64,000 bases of DNA from Pseudomonadota bacterium (GTDB lineage Bacteria > Myxococcota_A > Polyangia > Fen-1088): NCBI GenBank assembly GCA_017881315.1, contig JADGRB010000001.1, forward strand, positions 12,564 through 76,563. Reading direction: 5' to 3'. Under the pieces are notes generated by a model. That model saw nothing but the letters and a program-made list of their open reading frames with translations. It did no database searches and was not told the DNA's origin. This document shows positions 20,758 through 30,364 of the stretch, piece by piece. How positions within the stretch are numbered: the first letter of the stretch is position 1; each line of letters opens with the position of its first letter. The translations under genes were made by a program, and so were the position numbers.

Positions 20758-21831
20758 TCAGTCGTGGCTCGCCCTGCGCAAGCGCTCGATGATTTCGAGA
20801 TAGCGAGGCAGCACCGCCTGGAGCGAGTAGGCCGTTTCCACACGGGCCCGACCTGCCGCGCCCACGCTCGCCCTCAACGCCGGGTCGCCAATCAGCTCGA
20901 CGAGGGCGCTCTCCCAGGCCGACCGATCGGGGGGCAGGAAACCGTCGACGCGGTCGGTGACGACCTCGGCGTTTGCGCCGACCGCCGAGGCGACCCCCGG
21001 TCGCCCCAATGCCATGTACTGCAGGAGCTTGAAGGCGCATTTGCCACGGGCGTATGGCTCGTCGGGCAAGGGCATCACCCCGATATCGATGCGGGCCAGA
21101 TCCTCGACCTCGGTGTGGGGATTCCAGGGGATGTACTCCGGGCGCAACGACGCGAGCGAGCGCGGCGGCGGCCGATCGGCGATGGCCAGGAATCGTGCCC
21201 CGGTTCGCTCCAGTGCGCGGGCGATCCCCTCCTTGGCCACCGCCAGCTGGCGATAGTTTCCGTGCGTCCCGGTCCAGCCCACCACCACGTCGGCGCCCCG
21301 CGTCTGCCGCGTCGGCTGGGGGCGAAAGCGGTCGATATCGATGACCGTGGGAATGATCGTGGTCTTCGCCGGTGCGGCGACGAAGTCCGCCAGCGTCCGA
21401 TTCCCCGCCACGACATGATCGACGAGATCGACCATCGATCGAATCTTGGAGCGTCCGAACAGGTTCAGGTAGATGGCATCGTCGAAGTCGAAGACCGAGC
21501 GCCGCCCGCGCGTGACCGCGCGCTCGAGCCAAAGGAACGGCCACTCGAACATCGGCCGGTAGACGTAGATGATGTCGTCGTCGCGGAGACCGCCGAGCTG
21601 ACCCAGGCGGGAGGCCAGCGCGGCCGGATAAAAAAGGGGCCGAAAGCGACGCCAGGGGAGCGGCAGCCGGGTGTCGCCGTACACGCTGGGGTGACAGGCC
21701 CGCGTTTCACATCGCACGCCGGCGGTTTCGAGGGCGCGGGCGATGGCGAATCCGCGCACGCGGGCGCCGGGAGCGTCCCGGCCCGGCAAGAAGAAGACGA
21801 CACGGCCCTCGGCGCTCAGGCGCCGATCCAT
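20758..21831 (-). CDS. Glycosyltransferase family 4
   Basis: RVVFFLPGRDAPGARVRGFAIARALETAG (N-domain) and a C-terminal EX7E region (GRPGVASAVGANAEVVTD). Start taken at MDRRL (21831). An alternative upstream Met is at 21861. Confidence 0.75.
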   Translation of the reverse strand: MDRRLSAEGRVVFFLPGRDAPGARVRGFAIARALETAGVRCETRACHPSVYGDTRLPLPWRRFRPLFYPAALASRLGQLGGLRDDDIIYVYRPMFEWPFLWLERAVTRGRRSVFDFDDAIYLNLFGRSKIRSMVDLVDHVVAGNRTLADFVAAPAKTTIIPTVIDIDRFRPQPTRQTRGADVVVGWTGTHGNYRQLAVAKEGIARALERTGARFLAIADRPPPRSLASLRPEYIPWNPHTEVEDLARIDIGVMPLPDEPYARGKCAFKLLQYMALGRPGVASAVGANAEVVTDRVDGFLPPDRSAWESALVELIGDPALRASVGAAGRARVETAYSLQAVLPRYLEIIERLRRASHD

Positions 21832-21929
21832 AGCGCACTTCCTCGGGCGTCGCCACGACACGCCGGTCGTTCGCGTCGGCAGGACGATCGCTACAAGAAT
21901 CCCATCGACACGCTCGCATTCTGCTAGCC

Positions 21930-22769
21930 TTGCCGCCCGTGATCAAACTGGAGCGAGAGCTCGAGATCGCGTGCCGCGCGGCCAGGGAGGCGGGGCGCGT
22001 GATCCTCAGCCACTACGGCAACCCGGATATCGTCGTCGAGACCAAACCCGACGCGTCGCCGGTCACCATCGCCGACAAGGCCGCGAACGCCACTGTGCTC
22101 GAGCACCTTCGTGCCGCCTTTCCCGACGACGCATTCCTCAGCGAGGAGTCTCCGGACGACGGGTCGCGGATCGGCCGACGGCGCGTCTGGATCATCGACC
22201 CGCTCGATGGCACCCGGGACTTCTTGGCACAGACGGGCGACTTCTCGGTGCACATCGGCCTCACGATCGACGAACAGCCGGTGCTGGGCGTCGTGTACCA
22301 GCCGGTGCGGCAGGCGCTCTACCACGCCTGCCAGGGCGCGGGCGCGTTCCTCGAGAGCAGCGGCACCAGCACCCGGATCACCACCTCGCAGAGACGCGAG
22401 CCCAGCGAGCTGCGGGTCGGCATCTCCCGTCTCAACCCAGACGAGGGGCTGGGCAAGTGCCTGGCCGCCTCTGGCCTGGCGCCGCGCGCCGTGGCGATGG
22501 GCGCCTCGGTCAAGCACATGGCCCTCGCGCGCGGCGATCTGGACGCGGTCTTGAACCTATCGCCCGCCGAGCAGGAATGGGACACCTGCGCGCCCCAGGT
22601 GATCCTCACCGAAGCGGGTTGCACCGTCAGCGACGGCGACGGTCATCCCTTCCGGTACAACCAGCCGGATCTCTACCGGCGGCGCGGCAGCGTGGCCAGC
22701 AATGGTCTCTGCCACACCCTCATGCTCCGCGTCATGGCCCCCTGCCTGCCCGAGATTCCGCCGCCCTGA
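21930..22769 (+). CDS. Inositol-monophosphatase/CysQ-family phosphatase (3'(2'),5'-bisphosphate nucleotidase-like)
   Basis: Motifs EESPDDG and WIIDPLDGT, plus a C-terminal WDTCAPQVIL (the IMPase-fold metal/substrate motifs). TTG/GTG start region. Confidence 0.7.
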   Translation: MPPVIKLERELEIACRAAREAGRVILSHYGNPDIVVETKPDASPVTIADKAANATVLEHLRAAFPDDAFLSEESPDDGSRIGRRRVWIIDPLDGTRDFLAQTGDFSVHIGLTIDEQPVLGVVYQPVRQALYHACQGAGAFLESSGTSTRITTSQRREPSELRVGISRLNPDEGLGKCLAASGLAPRAVAMGASVKHMALARGDLDAVLNLSPAEQEWDTCAPQVILTEAGCTVSDGDGHPFRYNQPDLYRRRGSVASNGLCHTLMLRVMAPCLPEIPPP

Positions 22770-23061
22770 CGGTGCCGGGCCGGGTGCAGCGCTGCGCGTG
22801 GGCGCAATCGCCTGCCATCCATGAAGGTCGATGTGGCCCAGCGCAACGGCCGGCCCGGCATCCGCTGTCGACCCTTCGGCAACAAGCCTGAAACAATGCG
22901 AGGCCCATGACCCAGGACGGCGACGGCCACAGTCAGCAAATTGACGAAAGGCATCCGACCCGCATCCTAACCTCACCGTCGGTATTACACCTTGAGCGAG
23001 AGCCGAATGAATGGCATTGTAGGCACCCCTACCTGGGCGGGCTGGTGGTGGCAATAAAGTA

Positions 23062-24225
23062 ATGATTAACGGCGCGACAGAGTTGAGTCCGGTGGCCAGA
23101 GCGGCGGCCGTGTTTTCGGGTCCGGTCAGCGTGGCTGCTCGAACCACGGTGCCCGTCATCCTCCGCGCGACCGAGGCGGAGGCGACGGGCGCGCGGATGC
23201 AGGTGGGCGGCATCCGGGTCGTCGAACGCGCGATTCGACAGCTCGCCCGTCTGCGCGACGTTCATGTGGTCGTGGTCGACGATGGGAGCATCCCGCTGCC
23301 GCGCCGACTGCCTCGGAACATGGAGCGACGGACCATCGCGGCCGACGGCGACAATGGCGATCTAGAGGCTGGGATCGATCGGCTCCGCACCGAGCTCGGC
23401 CCGGAGACGGCGATCGTCGGCGCGGACGTGGTCTGGTTGCAGCCGGGGCGTTTCGACAAGGGGACGCGGGTGGTCGACGCGGCCTCGCGCCGCGCCGCTA
23501 ACGACTCGGTATTTTGGGAGGTGGAGCGCGAGACTGTCGGTCTGGTCGACCGGATCCTGAACCAGAAGATCTCGTCGCGCTTGACGCGGCTCCTCTTGGT
23601 CCACTTGCCCGTCGCCCCGGCGTTCGTGACGCTGCTGGCGGGATTCATCGGACTCTATGGCGCTTTGCTGGTGGCCAGCGGGACCTGGCTGGGCGTCGTC
23701 ACCGGGTTCGCCGTGCTGGAGGGTTACGTGATCCTCGACGGCTGCGCGAACGACCTGGCGCGCGTGCGCTTGCACCAGACGGCGCTGGGGGCCTGGCTCG
23801 ACACCGCGGTCGGCGATTTCGTCAACGTCGTGATGGTCTTGGCCGTTGGTCTCGGACTCTGGCATCACGGCGGAACCATCCTCGACATGAAGATGGCGCT
23901 GGCCGCCGCGGGCATGACGTTGTTCTACGTGGCGGTGTGCTACCGCGAGCTGATGCGGCAGGGCGAGGGCGACGTGATGAAGCTCCGCTGGTGGTTCGCC
24001 TACGGCCAGGCCCTCAAGAACGTGAGCGGCGCGGGCAGCAATTCGATCAAGAATGTGATGCTCCTCGGCCGGCGGGACTTCGTGATCCTGCTGGCGATCG
24101 GGCTGGCGTATTTCGATCAGCTGCCGGTGGTCCTGCTCTACCTGTTGATCATCGGCATCGTGCGCGCCGCGGGTGCGCTCGGCCAGCTGCTCACGCCCGA
24201 CTGGAGAGTTCGCCCACCCGCGTGA
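23062..24225 (+). CDS. Fusion protein: degenerate NTP-transferase-like domain plus CDP-alcohol phosphotransferase (6-TM)
   Basis: N-terminus ILRATEAEATGARMQVGGIRVVERAIRQL aligns to the NTP-transferase ILAAGxGTRM...GGKPLIE pattern, but the GxG loop is replaced. The C-terminal half carries the CDP-OH-PT signature DGCANDLARVRLHQTALGAWLDTAVGDFVN (D-G-x2-A-R-x8-G-x3-D-x3-D) within multiple TM helices. Confidence 0.75.
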   Translation: MINGATELSPVARAAAVFSGPVSVAARTTVPVILRATEAEATGARMQVGGIRVVERAIRQLARLRDVHVVVVDDGSIPLPRRLPRNMERRTIAADGDNGDLEAGIDRLRTELGPETAIVGADVVWLQPGRFDKGTRVVDAASRRAANDSVFWEVERETVGLVDRILNQKISSRLTRLLLVHLPVAPAFVTLLAGFIGLYGALLVASGTWLGVVTGFAVLEGYVILDGCANDLARVRLHQTALGAWLDTAVGDFVNVVMVLAVGLGLWHHGGTILDMKMALAAAGMTLFYVAVCYRELMRQGEGDVMKLRWWFAYGQALKNVSGAGSNSIKNVMLLGRRDFVILLAIGLAYFDQLPVVLLYLLIIGIVRAAGALGQLLTPDWRVRPPA

Positions 24226-24821
24226 CCGCACCGGGTCCCCGGTCGGTGATCGCGATCGACGGTCTCGACGGCAGCGGCAAGTCCACTTTCGCGGTCGCGC
24301 TCGCCGCGGCCGTCGAAGCCGCGGGCCAGCCGGCGGTCGTGTGGCACGTCGACGATTTTCGCCGGACCGTCGACTTCGAGGGCCAGAGCGCCGAGGGCGA
24401 GGCCGCGCTCTACTACGATCGCTACTACGACTTCTCCACGCTCGACGGTGCGCTGGCGTCGTTCCTGAAGGGCGGCCCCGACGGCGCCATCGCCCTGCTC
24501 GAGGGCGTCCTCGTGCTGCGCGCGCGCCTTCCGGCAGGAACCCCTTTGATCGTCCTGGAGGTCAGCCCGGACGAGGCGCGCCGGCGCATCCTCACCCGCG
24601 ACCGGGCCAAGGGCCGAACGGACCAGGAGATCGTCCGCCGGATGGAACGCCGCTATTTCCCGGCGCAGGCGCGTTACCGCGCCGCATTCGATCCCGTCGC
24701 GCGCGCCGACGTCCTGGTCGACAACGACGACTGGACCCGCCCGCGCGTCCTGCGACGGGCCGACGGGCGTTTTCCGCCGCAGGTCGTCCCCGGCCTCGAT
24801 CGCCTGCTCCCGGTGGGTTAA
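24222..24821 (+). CDS. P-loop kinase of the uridine-kinase/phosphoribulokinase-like family
   Basis: Walker A IAIDGLDGSGKST and a C-terminal RRILTRDRAKGRTDQEIVRRMERRYFPAQARY (UK/PRK-family lid). GTG start overlaps the upstream TGA (GTGA, 4-nt overlap). The longer track ORF from 23514 is upstream out-of-frame read-through. Confidence 0.65.
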   Translation: MTAPGPRSVIAIDGLDGSGKSTFAVALAAAVEAAGQPAVVWHVDDFRRTVDFEGQSAEGEAALYYDRYYDFSTLDGALASFLKGGPDGAIALLEGVLVLRARLPAGTPLIVLEVSPDEARRRILTRDRAKGRTDQEIVRRMERRYFPAQARYRAAFDPVARADVLVDNDDWTRPRVLRRADGRFPPQVVPGLDRLLPVG

Positions 24822-24822
24822 C

Positions 24823-25899
24823 GTGGCGCCCGAGACGATGTCGGCCTCGGTGGTCATCGCGGCGAGCCGCGCCGAATCGCCTGGCGCGGCCATGACGATC
24901 GCCGGCCTGACGGTGATCGATCGCGCCCTCAAACAGCTCGCGCAGTCGCCCGAGACGCGGGTGGTGGTGGTCGGCGACGGATCGATCGCGCTGCCGTCGT
25001 CGCTCGCCCCCAACGTCGAGGTTCGGACCGTCGCCGACGGTGCGGCGGCCGCCGCGATCGCCGAGACCGCCCGCGAGCTGGGCGCGCCCGTGATCGGGGC
25101 CGACCTGGTGCGCGTCGATCGGGCGCGGTTCGACGGAGGTTTCCGGGTCGTCGACGAGCCGAGCCGTCGGGTGGCGGAGGACGCGGTGTTCGCGGCGCTC
25201 TATCGGCCCGATCTCGGCTTCGTGGCGCGCCGCCTGAACAAGCCCCTCTCCGTGCGCCTCACTCGATATTTCCTGGTGCGCACGGCCATCACGCCCAACC
25301 AGATCACGCTCTTCGCGGCGCTCCTGGGCATCGCCGGCTGTGGGCTGGTGGCGTCCGGGCAGTTCGCCGCGATCTGCCTGGGATTCGCGCTCGAACAGGT
25401 CCAGTCGATCCTCGACGGATGCGACGGGGAGCTGGCGCGGGTCCGATTTCAGCAGTCAAAGCTGGGGGCCTGGCTGGACACCTTCGTCGACGACGTGCTC
25501 AACGTGCTCATCACGGTCGCCACGGGCGTCGGGCTCCACCGCGCCGGCGCCGGCAGCTGGGCGGTCGCGGTCGGCGTCGCGGGGGCGGCGATGCTCATCC
25601 TCTCGAATCTCATCATCATGCGCGACATGCGCCGCCAGAGGGCCAGCGGAGACCTGATGGACATGGTCTGGTGGTTCTCCGGGGGGCGCCGCCTGGCAGA
25701 GCTGTCGGGCGGCGGAAAACCCAGCATCGGGAGCATTCTCTTCCAGCTCGGTCGCCGCGATTCGGCCCTCTTTCTGTGGTTGATCTTTGCCCTTTCGGGC
25801 GCCCTGGTGCTGGTGCTGGTGATGGCCGCGATCATCGCCCTGTGCTGGTTCGTCGCCAGCGTCATCCAGCTTTTCACGGCCCCCGACGCGGCCACCTGA
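24823..25899 (+). CDS. Second fusion protein: degenerate NTP-transferase-like domain plus CDP-alcohol phosphotransferase (paralog of 23062..24225)
   Basis: N-terminus [28 protein letters not shown] (GxGxR replaced by SRAES). CDP-OH-PT signature [30 protein letters not shown]. Six or more TM helices. GTG lies 1 nt after the kinase TAA. An alternative ATG is at 24838. Confidence 0.75.
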   Translation: MAPETMSASVVIAASRAESPGAAMTIAGLTVIDRALKQLAQSPETRVVVVGDGSIALPSSLAPNVEVRTVADGAAAAAIAETARELGAPVIGADLVRVDRARFDGGFRVVDEPSRRVAEDAVFAALYRPDLGFVARRLNKPLSVRLTRYFLVRTAITPNQITLFAALLGIAGCGLVASGQFAAICLGFALEQVQSILDGCDGELARVRFQQSKLGAWLDTFVDDVLNVLITVATGVGLHRAGAGSWAVAVGVAGAAMLILSNLIIMRDMRRQRASGDLMDMVWWFSGGRRLAELSGGGKPSIGSILFQLGRRDSALFLWLIFALSGALVLVLVMAAIIALCWFVASVIQLFTAPDAAT

Positions 25900-25967
25900 C
25901 GGCTTCGCCTTGCGCGGCGCCGGGCGGCGCAATAATGTCTACCGCCCCGGCTTTGCGCCGGATCCCT

Positions 25968-28900
25968 ATGTTCGAACTCGCCAAGAAAATTTTCGGTACC
26001 AAAAACGCCCGCGTCATCAAGGGGATGCGTCCGCTGGTCGAGCGGATCAACCAGCTCGAGCCCGACCTCAAGACCAAATCCGACGCGGAGCTGCTCGCCA
26101 AGACCGGTGAATTCCGGCGCCGCCTCGAGCAGGGCGAGCCGCTCGACGACCTGCTGCCGGAGTCCTTCGCGGTCTGTCGCGAGGCGGGGCGGCGCGTGCT
26201 CGGCATGCGCCACTTCGATGTCCAGCTGATCGGCGGCATGGTCCTGCACCAGGGGAGCATCGCCGAGATGAAGACCGGCGAGGGGAAGACGCTGGTCGCG
26301 ACCTTGCCGGTCTACCTGAACGCGCTCACGGGCAAGGGCGTCCACCTGATCACCGTCAACGACTACCTGGCCCGGCGCGACTCCGAGTGGATGGGGCGGA
26401 TCTACAAGTTCCTCGGGATGTCGGTGGGGATCGTGGTTCACGGTCTGTCAGACGCCGAGCGGCAGGTCAGCTACCGCTCGGACGTGGCCTACGGGACCAA
26501 CTCCGAGTTCGGGTTCGACTACCTGCGCGACAACACCAAGGACTCGATCGAGCGTTACGTCCAGCGCGAGCACAACTACGCCATCGTCGACGAGGTGGAC
26601 TCGATCCTGATCGACGAGGCGCGCACGCCCCTCATCATCTCGGGCTCCGCCGAGCAGTCGGTCGATCTCTACCAGAAGGTCGACGCCATCATCCCGGGGC
26701 TGCGCAAGGACATCGACTACACCGTCGACGAGAAGGCGCACTCCGCCATCCTGACCGACAACGGCATCGAGCGGGTCGAGCAGCGCCTGGGCGTCGGTAA
26801 CCTCTACAACCCGGCCAACATCGAGTGGCTGCACCACGTGACCCAGGCGCTCAAGGCGCACACGCTCTACAAGCGCGACGTCAACTACCTGATCGACGAC
26901 GGCGCCATCATCATCGTGGACGAGTTCACCGGCCGCAAGATGCCGGGCCGGCGCTGGTCGGACGGCCTGCACCAGGCCATCGAGGCCAAGGAGGGGGTCG
27001 AGGTTCAAGAAGAGAACCAGACCATGGCGACCATCAGCTACCAGAACTACTTCCGCCTCTACAAGAAGCTGGCCGGCATGACCGGCACCGCCGACACCGA
27101 GGCCGAGGAGTTCCACAAGATCTACAAGCTCGGCGTCACCGTGGTGCCGACCAACAAGCAGATCCTGCGCGCCGACGCCGACGACGTCGTCTACAAGAAC
27201 GAACGCGGCAAGTTCCGCGCGGTGTGCGACGAGATCGAGGACTGCTACAAGCGCGGCCAGCCGGTCCTGGTCGGCACGGTGAGCGTGGAGAAATCCGAGG
27301 TGGTCGCGTCGCTGCTGCGCAAAAAGAACATTCCGCACAGCGTGCTCAACGCCAAGCAACACGAGAAGGAAGCCTTCGTCGTCTCGCAGGCGGGGCGCAA
27401 GTCGGCGGTCACCATCTCGACCAACATGGCGGGCCGCGGGACCGACATCATCCTGGGCGGCAACGCCGAGTTCATGGCGCGCGCCGAGGTCGATCCCGAG
27501 AACGCCGGCAAGCCGGGCCACGAGCTCGACCCGGCCAAGCAGGCGGCCTACGACGAGGCCTTCGGCCGGTTCAAGCCCCAGTGTGACGCCGAGAAGCAGG
27601 AGGTGCTGGCCGCGGGCGGCTTGCACATCCTCGGCACCGAGCGGCACGAATCGCGGCGTATCGACAACCAGCTCCGTGGCCGGGCGGGTCGCCAGGGGGA
27701 TCCGGGAAGCTCGCGCTTCTTCCTCTCCTTGGAAGACGATCTGATGCGCATCTTCGGCGCCGAGCGCATCACGGGCTTGATGGAGCGCCTCGGGATGGAA
27801 GAGGACGTGCCGATCGAGCACGGCCTCATCAACCGCGCCATCGAGAACGCGCAGAAGAAGGTCGAAGGTCACAACTTCGACATCCGCAAGAACCTGCTCG
27901 AATACGACGACGTCATGAACCAGCAGCGCAAGACCATCTACGCGCTGCGCCGGCAGGTGCTGGAGGGGCGCTACGCGCCCGAGCCGACCGACGAAGAGAA
28001 GAAGCGCGGCACCGCGATCGAGGTGGAGCTGCCCACCGAGTCGGGCAAGCACACCGTGGCCAGCATCGCGGCGGTGATCCGCCCGGTGCTGGCGCGCATG
28101 TGCGACGCGCTCGGCGAGCATCGCGTCCCGGACGCCAGCGCGCCCGGGGGCTTCGCCGTCACGGCCGTGCCGGTCGACCCGGCGCACCTTCGGTCGCTCA
28201 TCTATCGGGATTTTGGCGCCTACCTCGATCCGACCGGCATCGTCGAGGATCGGACGGCCACCCTCGATCGCCTGGCCGACGAGGTCGCGTCGTCGATGAT
28301 CCAGCAGCGCGAGCGGCTGCTCGATCTCAGCGAAGAGATGATTCATCTGATCGTCGGTGAGCACTGCCCGCCCAACTCCCATGCCGAAGATTGGGATCTG
28401 GGCGCGCTCAAATCCGCGGTCAAGGAGCGCTTCGGTTTCGAGCCGACCATCGACGTCAGCCAGGCGCTCGAACGCGACACGATGGCCGAGTCGCTCTGGA
28501 ACGAGGCGGAGAAGGTGATCGAGGCCCGCGAGGCGGAGTTCCCGCTGCACGTCCTGCTCCACTACGCGCGCCTGTTCTACCTGGAGGAGATCGATCTGCG
28601 CTGGATCGAGCACCTCAAGGCGATGGAGGCGCTGCGCGAGGGCATCCACCTGCGCGGCTACGGCCAGATGGACCCCAAGCAGGAGTACAAGAAGGCGGGC
28701 TACGTCATCTTCGGCGAGATGATGGAGAACATCGGTCGCAACGTCTGCGAGAAGCTGTTTCACATGCGCCTGCAGCGCAGTCCCGAGGCGCCCGGCGCCC
28801 CGGCCGCGGCGCCCCCGCCGGGGCAGCAGCGCCGTCCGCGGAAGGTCATCGAGTCCGGCGGCGGATCGGCGGCCTCCAACGGCGACGGCGCCGCGGCGGC

Positions 28901-29030
28901 CAAGACCGGCGACGACGGAACGGCACGGCCGGTGCGTCGCAACGAACCCAAGGTGGGCCGCAACGATCCCTGCCCATGCGGGAGCGGGAAGAAATACAAG
29001 AAATGTCACGGCCTCAACGCGGCGGCCTGA
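25968..29030 (+). CDS. secA: Preprotein translocase ATPase SecA
   Basis: [10 protein letters not shown] aligns with the E. coli MLIKLLTKVFG. Motifs [33 protein letters not shown] and LHQAIEAKE are present, as is the C-terminal zinc finger [14 protein letters not shown]. The track ORF 25419.. includes an upstream out-of-frame extension. Confidence 0.9.
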   Translation: MFELAKKIFGTKNARVIKGMRPLVERINQLEPDLKTKSDAELLAKTGEFRRRLEQGEPLDDLLPESFAVCREAGRRVLGMRHFDVQLIGGMVLHQGSIAEMKTGEGKTLVATLPVYLNALTGKGVHLITVNDYLARRDSEWMGRIYKFLGMSVGIVVHGLSDAERQVSYRSDVAYGTNSEFGFDYLRDNTKDSIERYVQREHNYAIVDEVDSILIDEARTPLIISGSAEQSVDLYQKVDAIIPGLRKDIDYTVDEKAHSAILTDNGIERVEQRLGVGNLYNPANIEWLHHVTQALKAHTLYKRDVNYLIDDGAIIIVDEFTGRKMPGRRWSDGLHQAIEAKEGVEVQEENQTMATISYQNYFRLYKKLAGMTGTADTEAEEFHKIYKLGVTVVPTNKQILRADADDVVYKNERGKFRAVCDEIEDCYKRGQPVLVGTVSVEKSEVVASLLRKKNIPHSVLNAKQHEKEAFVVSQAGRKSAVTISTNMAGRGTDIILGGNAEFMARAEVDPENAGKPGHELDPAKQAAYDEAFGRFKPQCDAEKQEVLAAGGLHILGTERHESRRIDNQLRGRAGRQGDPGSSRFFLSLEDDLMRIFGAERITGLMERLGMEEDVPIEHGLINRAIENAQKKVEGHNFDIRKNLLEYDDVMNQQRKTIYALRRQVLEGRYAPEPTDEEKKRGTAIEVELPTESGKHTVASIAAVIRPVLARMCDALGEHRVPDASAPGGFAVTAVPVDPAHLRSLIYRDFGAYLDPTGIVEDRTATLDRLADEVASSMIQQRERLLDLSEEMIHLIVGEHCPPNSHAEDWDLGALKSAVKERFGFEPTIDVSQALERDTMAESLWNEAEKVIEAREAEFPLHVLLHYARLFYLEEIDLRWIEHLKAMEALREGIHLRGYGQMDPKQEYKKAGYVIFGEMMENIGRNVCEKLFHMRLQRSPEAPGAPAAAPPPGQQRRPRKVIESGGGSAASNGDGAAAAKTGDDGTARPVRRNEPKVGRNDPCPCGSGKKYKKCHGLNAAA

Positions 29031-30241
29031 GCGCGGCCACCGCGGCCGCTGCCCTGACGGCCGCGGTCCTGGGCGTCGCCGCCTGTCAGGCGGATCTGGG
29101 CGACGCCGACTGCCAGCTCATCCAGCAGGTGGTCCTGGCGGGCTCGCCGAGCTCGCCGCTCTTGCTGCTGCCAAACGTCCGGCTCGATCAGGTCGGCGAC
29201 GGTTTTTTTCTCCTGGGCAATGACGGGACCACGGTCCGCTGGGCGGCTCTGGCGGCCAACGGAACCCTGTCGCCCGAGCAAGCTTTCGTGCTCCCGGCCG
29301 GCGTCGCAAATCCAGTTTATGGCGTCGCGGGCGTCACCACGCCCGGCGACACGGTCCTCGTCGCCTATCTGACGACCAGCGCGACTACCTCCGACGGGGA
29401 GATCGACGTCGTCGCGGTCGCAGCCGATGGATCGCAGCCGCCCACGCCGGCCAACCCGGTGCTCACGTTTGCCGCCGGTGTGCCGCCCGCAGCGGCGATG
29501 GCGATGAGCTCCTCGCGGTTGGGAAACGCCGCGGGTCTCGCCTGGATCGACTCCCAGTCCAACCGGGTGATGTTCGCGACGGTCAGCGGGCAAGGGGCGC
29601 TGGTCGGCCAACCGACGCCCGTCGCCGTCTCGGCGGCGGCCGCCCCGACGACCGTCTTCGGCTGCCTCGGTTTCTCCCCCGGCAAGGACCACCTGACCGT
29701 CAGCTACCTCAACGAGACGTCGGACGGGTCCGCGCCGCCGACCTGGATCATCGCCGAAGGCAATGAAGGGGGGACCATCGACACCACCACCACCCTCAAC
29801 GTCGCAAACCAGATGGGGTGCGCCGTCGTGACACCGACCGAGACCGAGTATGCGCTGGTCTGGCAGGACAACCAGGGGAGCTGGATGGCGGTCGCGGTCG
29901 GGGTGGGGAATCAAATCCAGGTGGCGACCTATCCGTTCGCCGCGGCCTCCGACTTTGGAGGTCCCGACCTGCAGCCGCCGCTGGTCGGCCTGGCGCCGTT
30001 CGGGAGCGACTTCGGCGTGGTCCTCGCGCGCGCGCACGACACCGAGCTCTGGCGACTCGACGAGATGGGCAACCGGAAACCCGGCGCGCTCCACTTCCCC
30101 TCGCTGGTCGGGAACCTGGGAAGCGTCTCCGCCTTGCCGGTGGGCGGGGCCCTGGTGGCGACCTACGCCGACTACAGCAGTCCTCCCGGGACGCCCAACC
30201 CGGCCGGTCGCCGTTTGTTCGTTAACGCGGCTTGTTATTGA
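29003..30241 (+). CDS. Lipoprotein (Thr/Ser/Gly/Val-rich, likely beta-rich secreted domain)
   Basis: [28 protein letters not shown]: n-region, h-region, then a lipobox VAAC. No internal alternative start precedes the signal peptide, so the ATG at 29003 overlaps the secA 3' end by 28 nt in another frame. The antisense ORF 29006..30094 is R/G/D-rich junk. Confidence 0.6.
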   Translation: MSRPQRGGLSAATAAAALTAAVLGVAACQADLGDADCQLIQQVVLAGSPSSPLLLLPNVRLDQVGDGFFLLGNDGTTVRWAALAANGTLSPEQAFVLPAGVANPVYGVAGVTTPGDTVLVAYLTTSATTSDGEIDVVAVAADGSQPPTPANPVLTFAAGVPPAAAMAMSSSRLGNAAGLAWIDSQSNRVMFATVSGQGALVGQPTPVAVSAAAAPTTVFGCLGFSPGKDHLTVSYLNETSDGSAPPTWIIAEGNEGGTIDTTTTLNVANQMGCAVVTPTETEYALVWQDNQGSWMAVAVGVGNQIQVATYPFAAASDFGGPDLQPPLVGLAPFGSDFGVVLARAHDTELWRLDEMGNRKPGALHFPSLVGNLGSVSALPVGGALVATYADYSSPPGTPNPAGRRLFVNAACY

Positions 30242-30246
30242 CCTCC

Positions 30247-30263
30247 GGCGGGCGAAGCCCGCC
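30247..30263 (+). terminator. GC hairpin immediately after the lipoprotein stop (possible intrinsic terminator without a U-tract)
   Basis: GGCGGGC-GAAG-GCCCGCC, 6 nt after the TGA at 30239-30241. Confidence 0.35.
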
Positions 30264-30364
30264 TTCGCTCACGCGATCTAGATGGGGACGGGGTGGATGG
30301 GGACCGGTGGATAGCGATGCGGGGGTGGAATAAAATGGGGGGGTTGGGTGGTTTTGGAGAGTGA

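Noticed and set aside
19796-21544. 582-aa minus-strand ORF spanning the methyltransferase and GT4 region
   Set aside because: The frame is incompatible with the well-supported methyltransferase (plus strand) and GT4 (minus strand, other frame). The translation is R/G/A junk.
23514-24221. Upstream part of track ORF 23514..24821
   Set aside because: Only the last 199 codons (from GTG 24222) encode the P-loop kinase. The upstream part overlaps the well-supported CDP-OH transferase gene in another frame and reads as R/G-rich junk.
25419-25967. 5' extension of the secA ORF in the track (ORF 25419..29030)
   Set aside because: The upstream part is out-of-frame read-through of the preceding transferase gene. 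SecA homology begins at [10 protein letters not shown] (25968).
26448-29009. 853-aa minus-strand ORF
   Set aside because: It is antisense to secA.
29006-30094. 362-aa minus-strand ORF
   Set aside because: It is antisense to the lipoprotein gene. The composition is R/G/D-rich, with no signal peptide or motifs.
30281-30350. Reading the G-rich tract upstream of the ECF sigma gene as a definite G-quadruplex or riboswitch
   Set aside because: I recorded only a G-tract pattern and a direct repeat, with no conserved-structure evidence. It is reported as a low-interest finding, not a feature.
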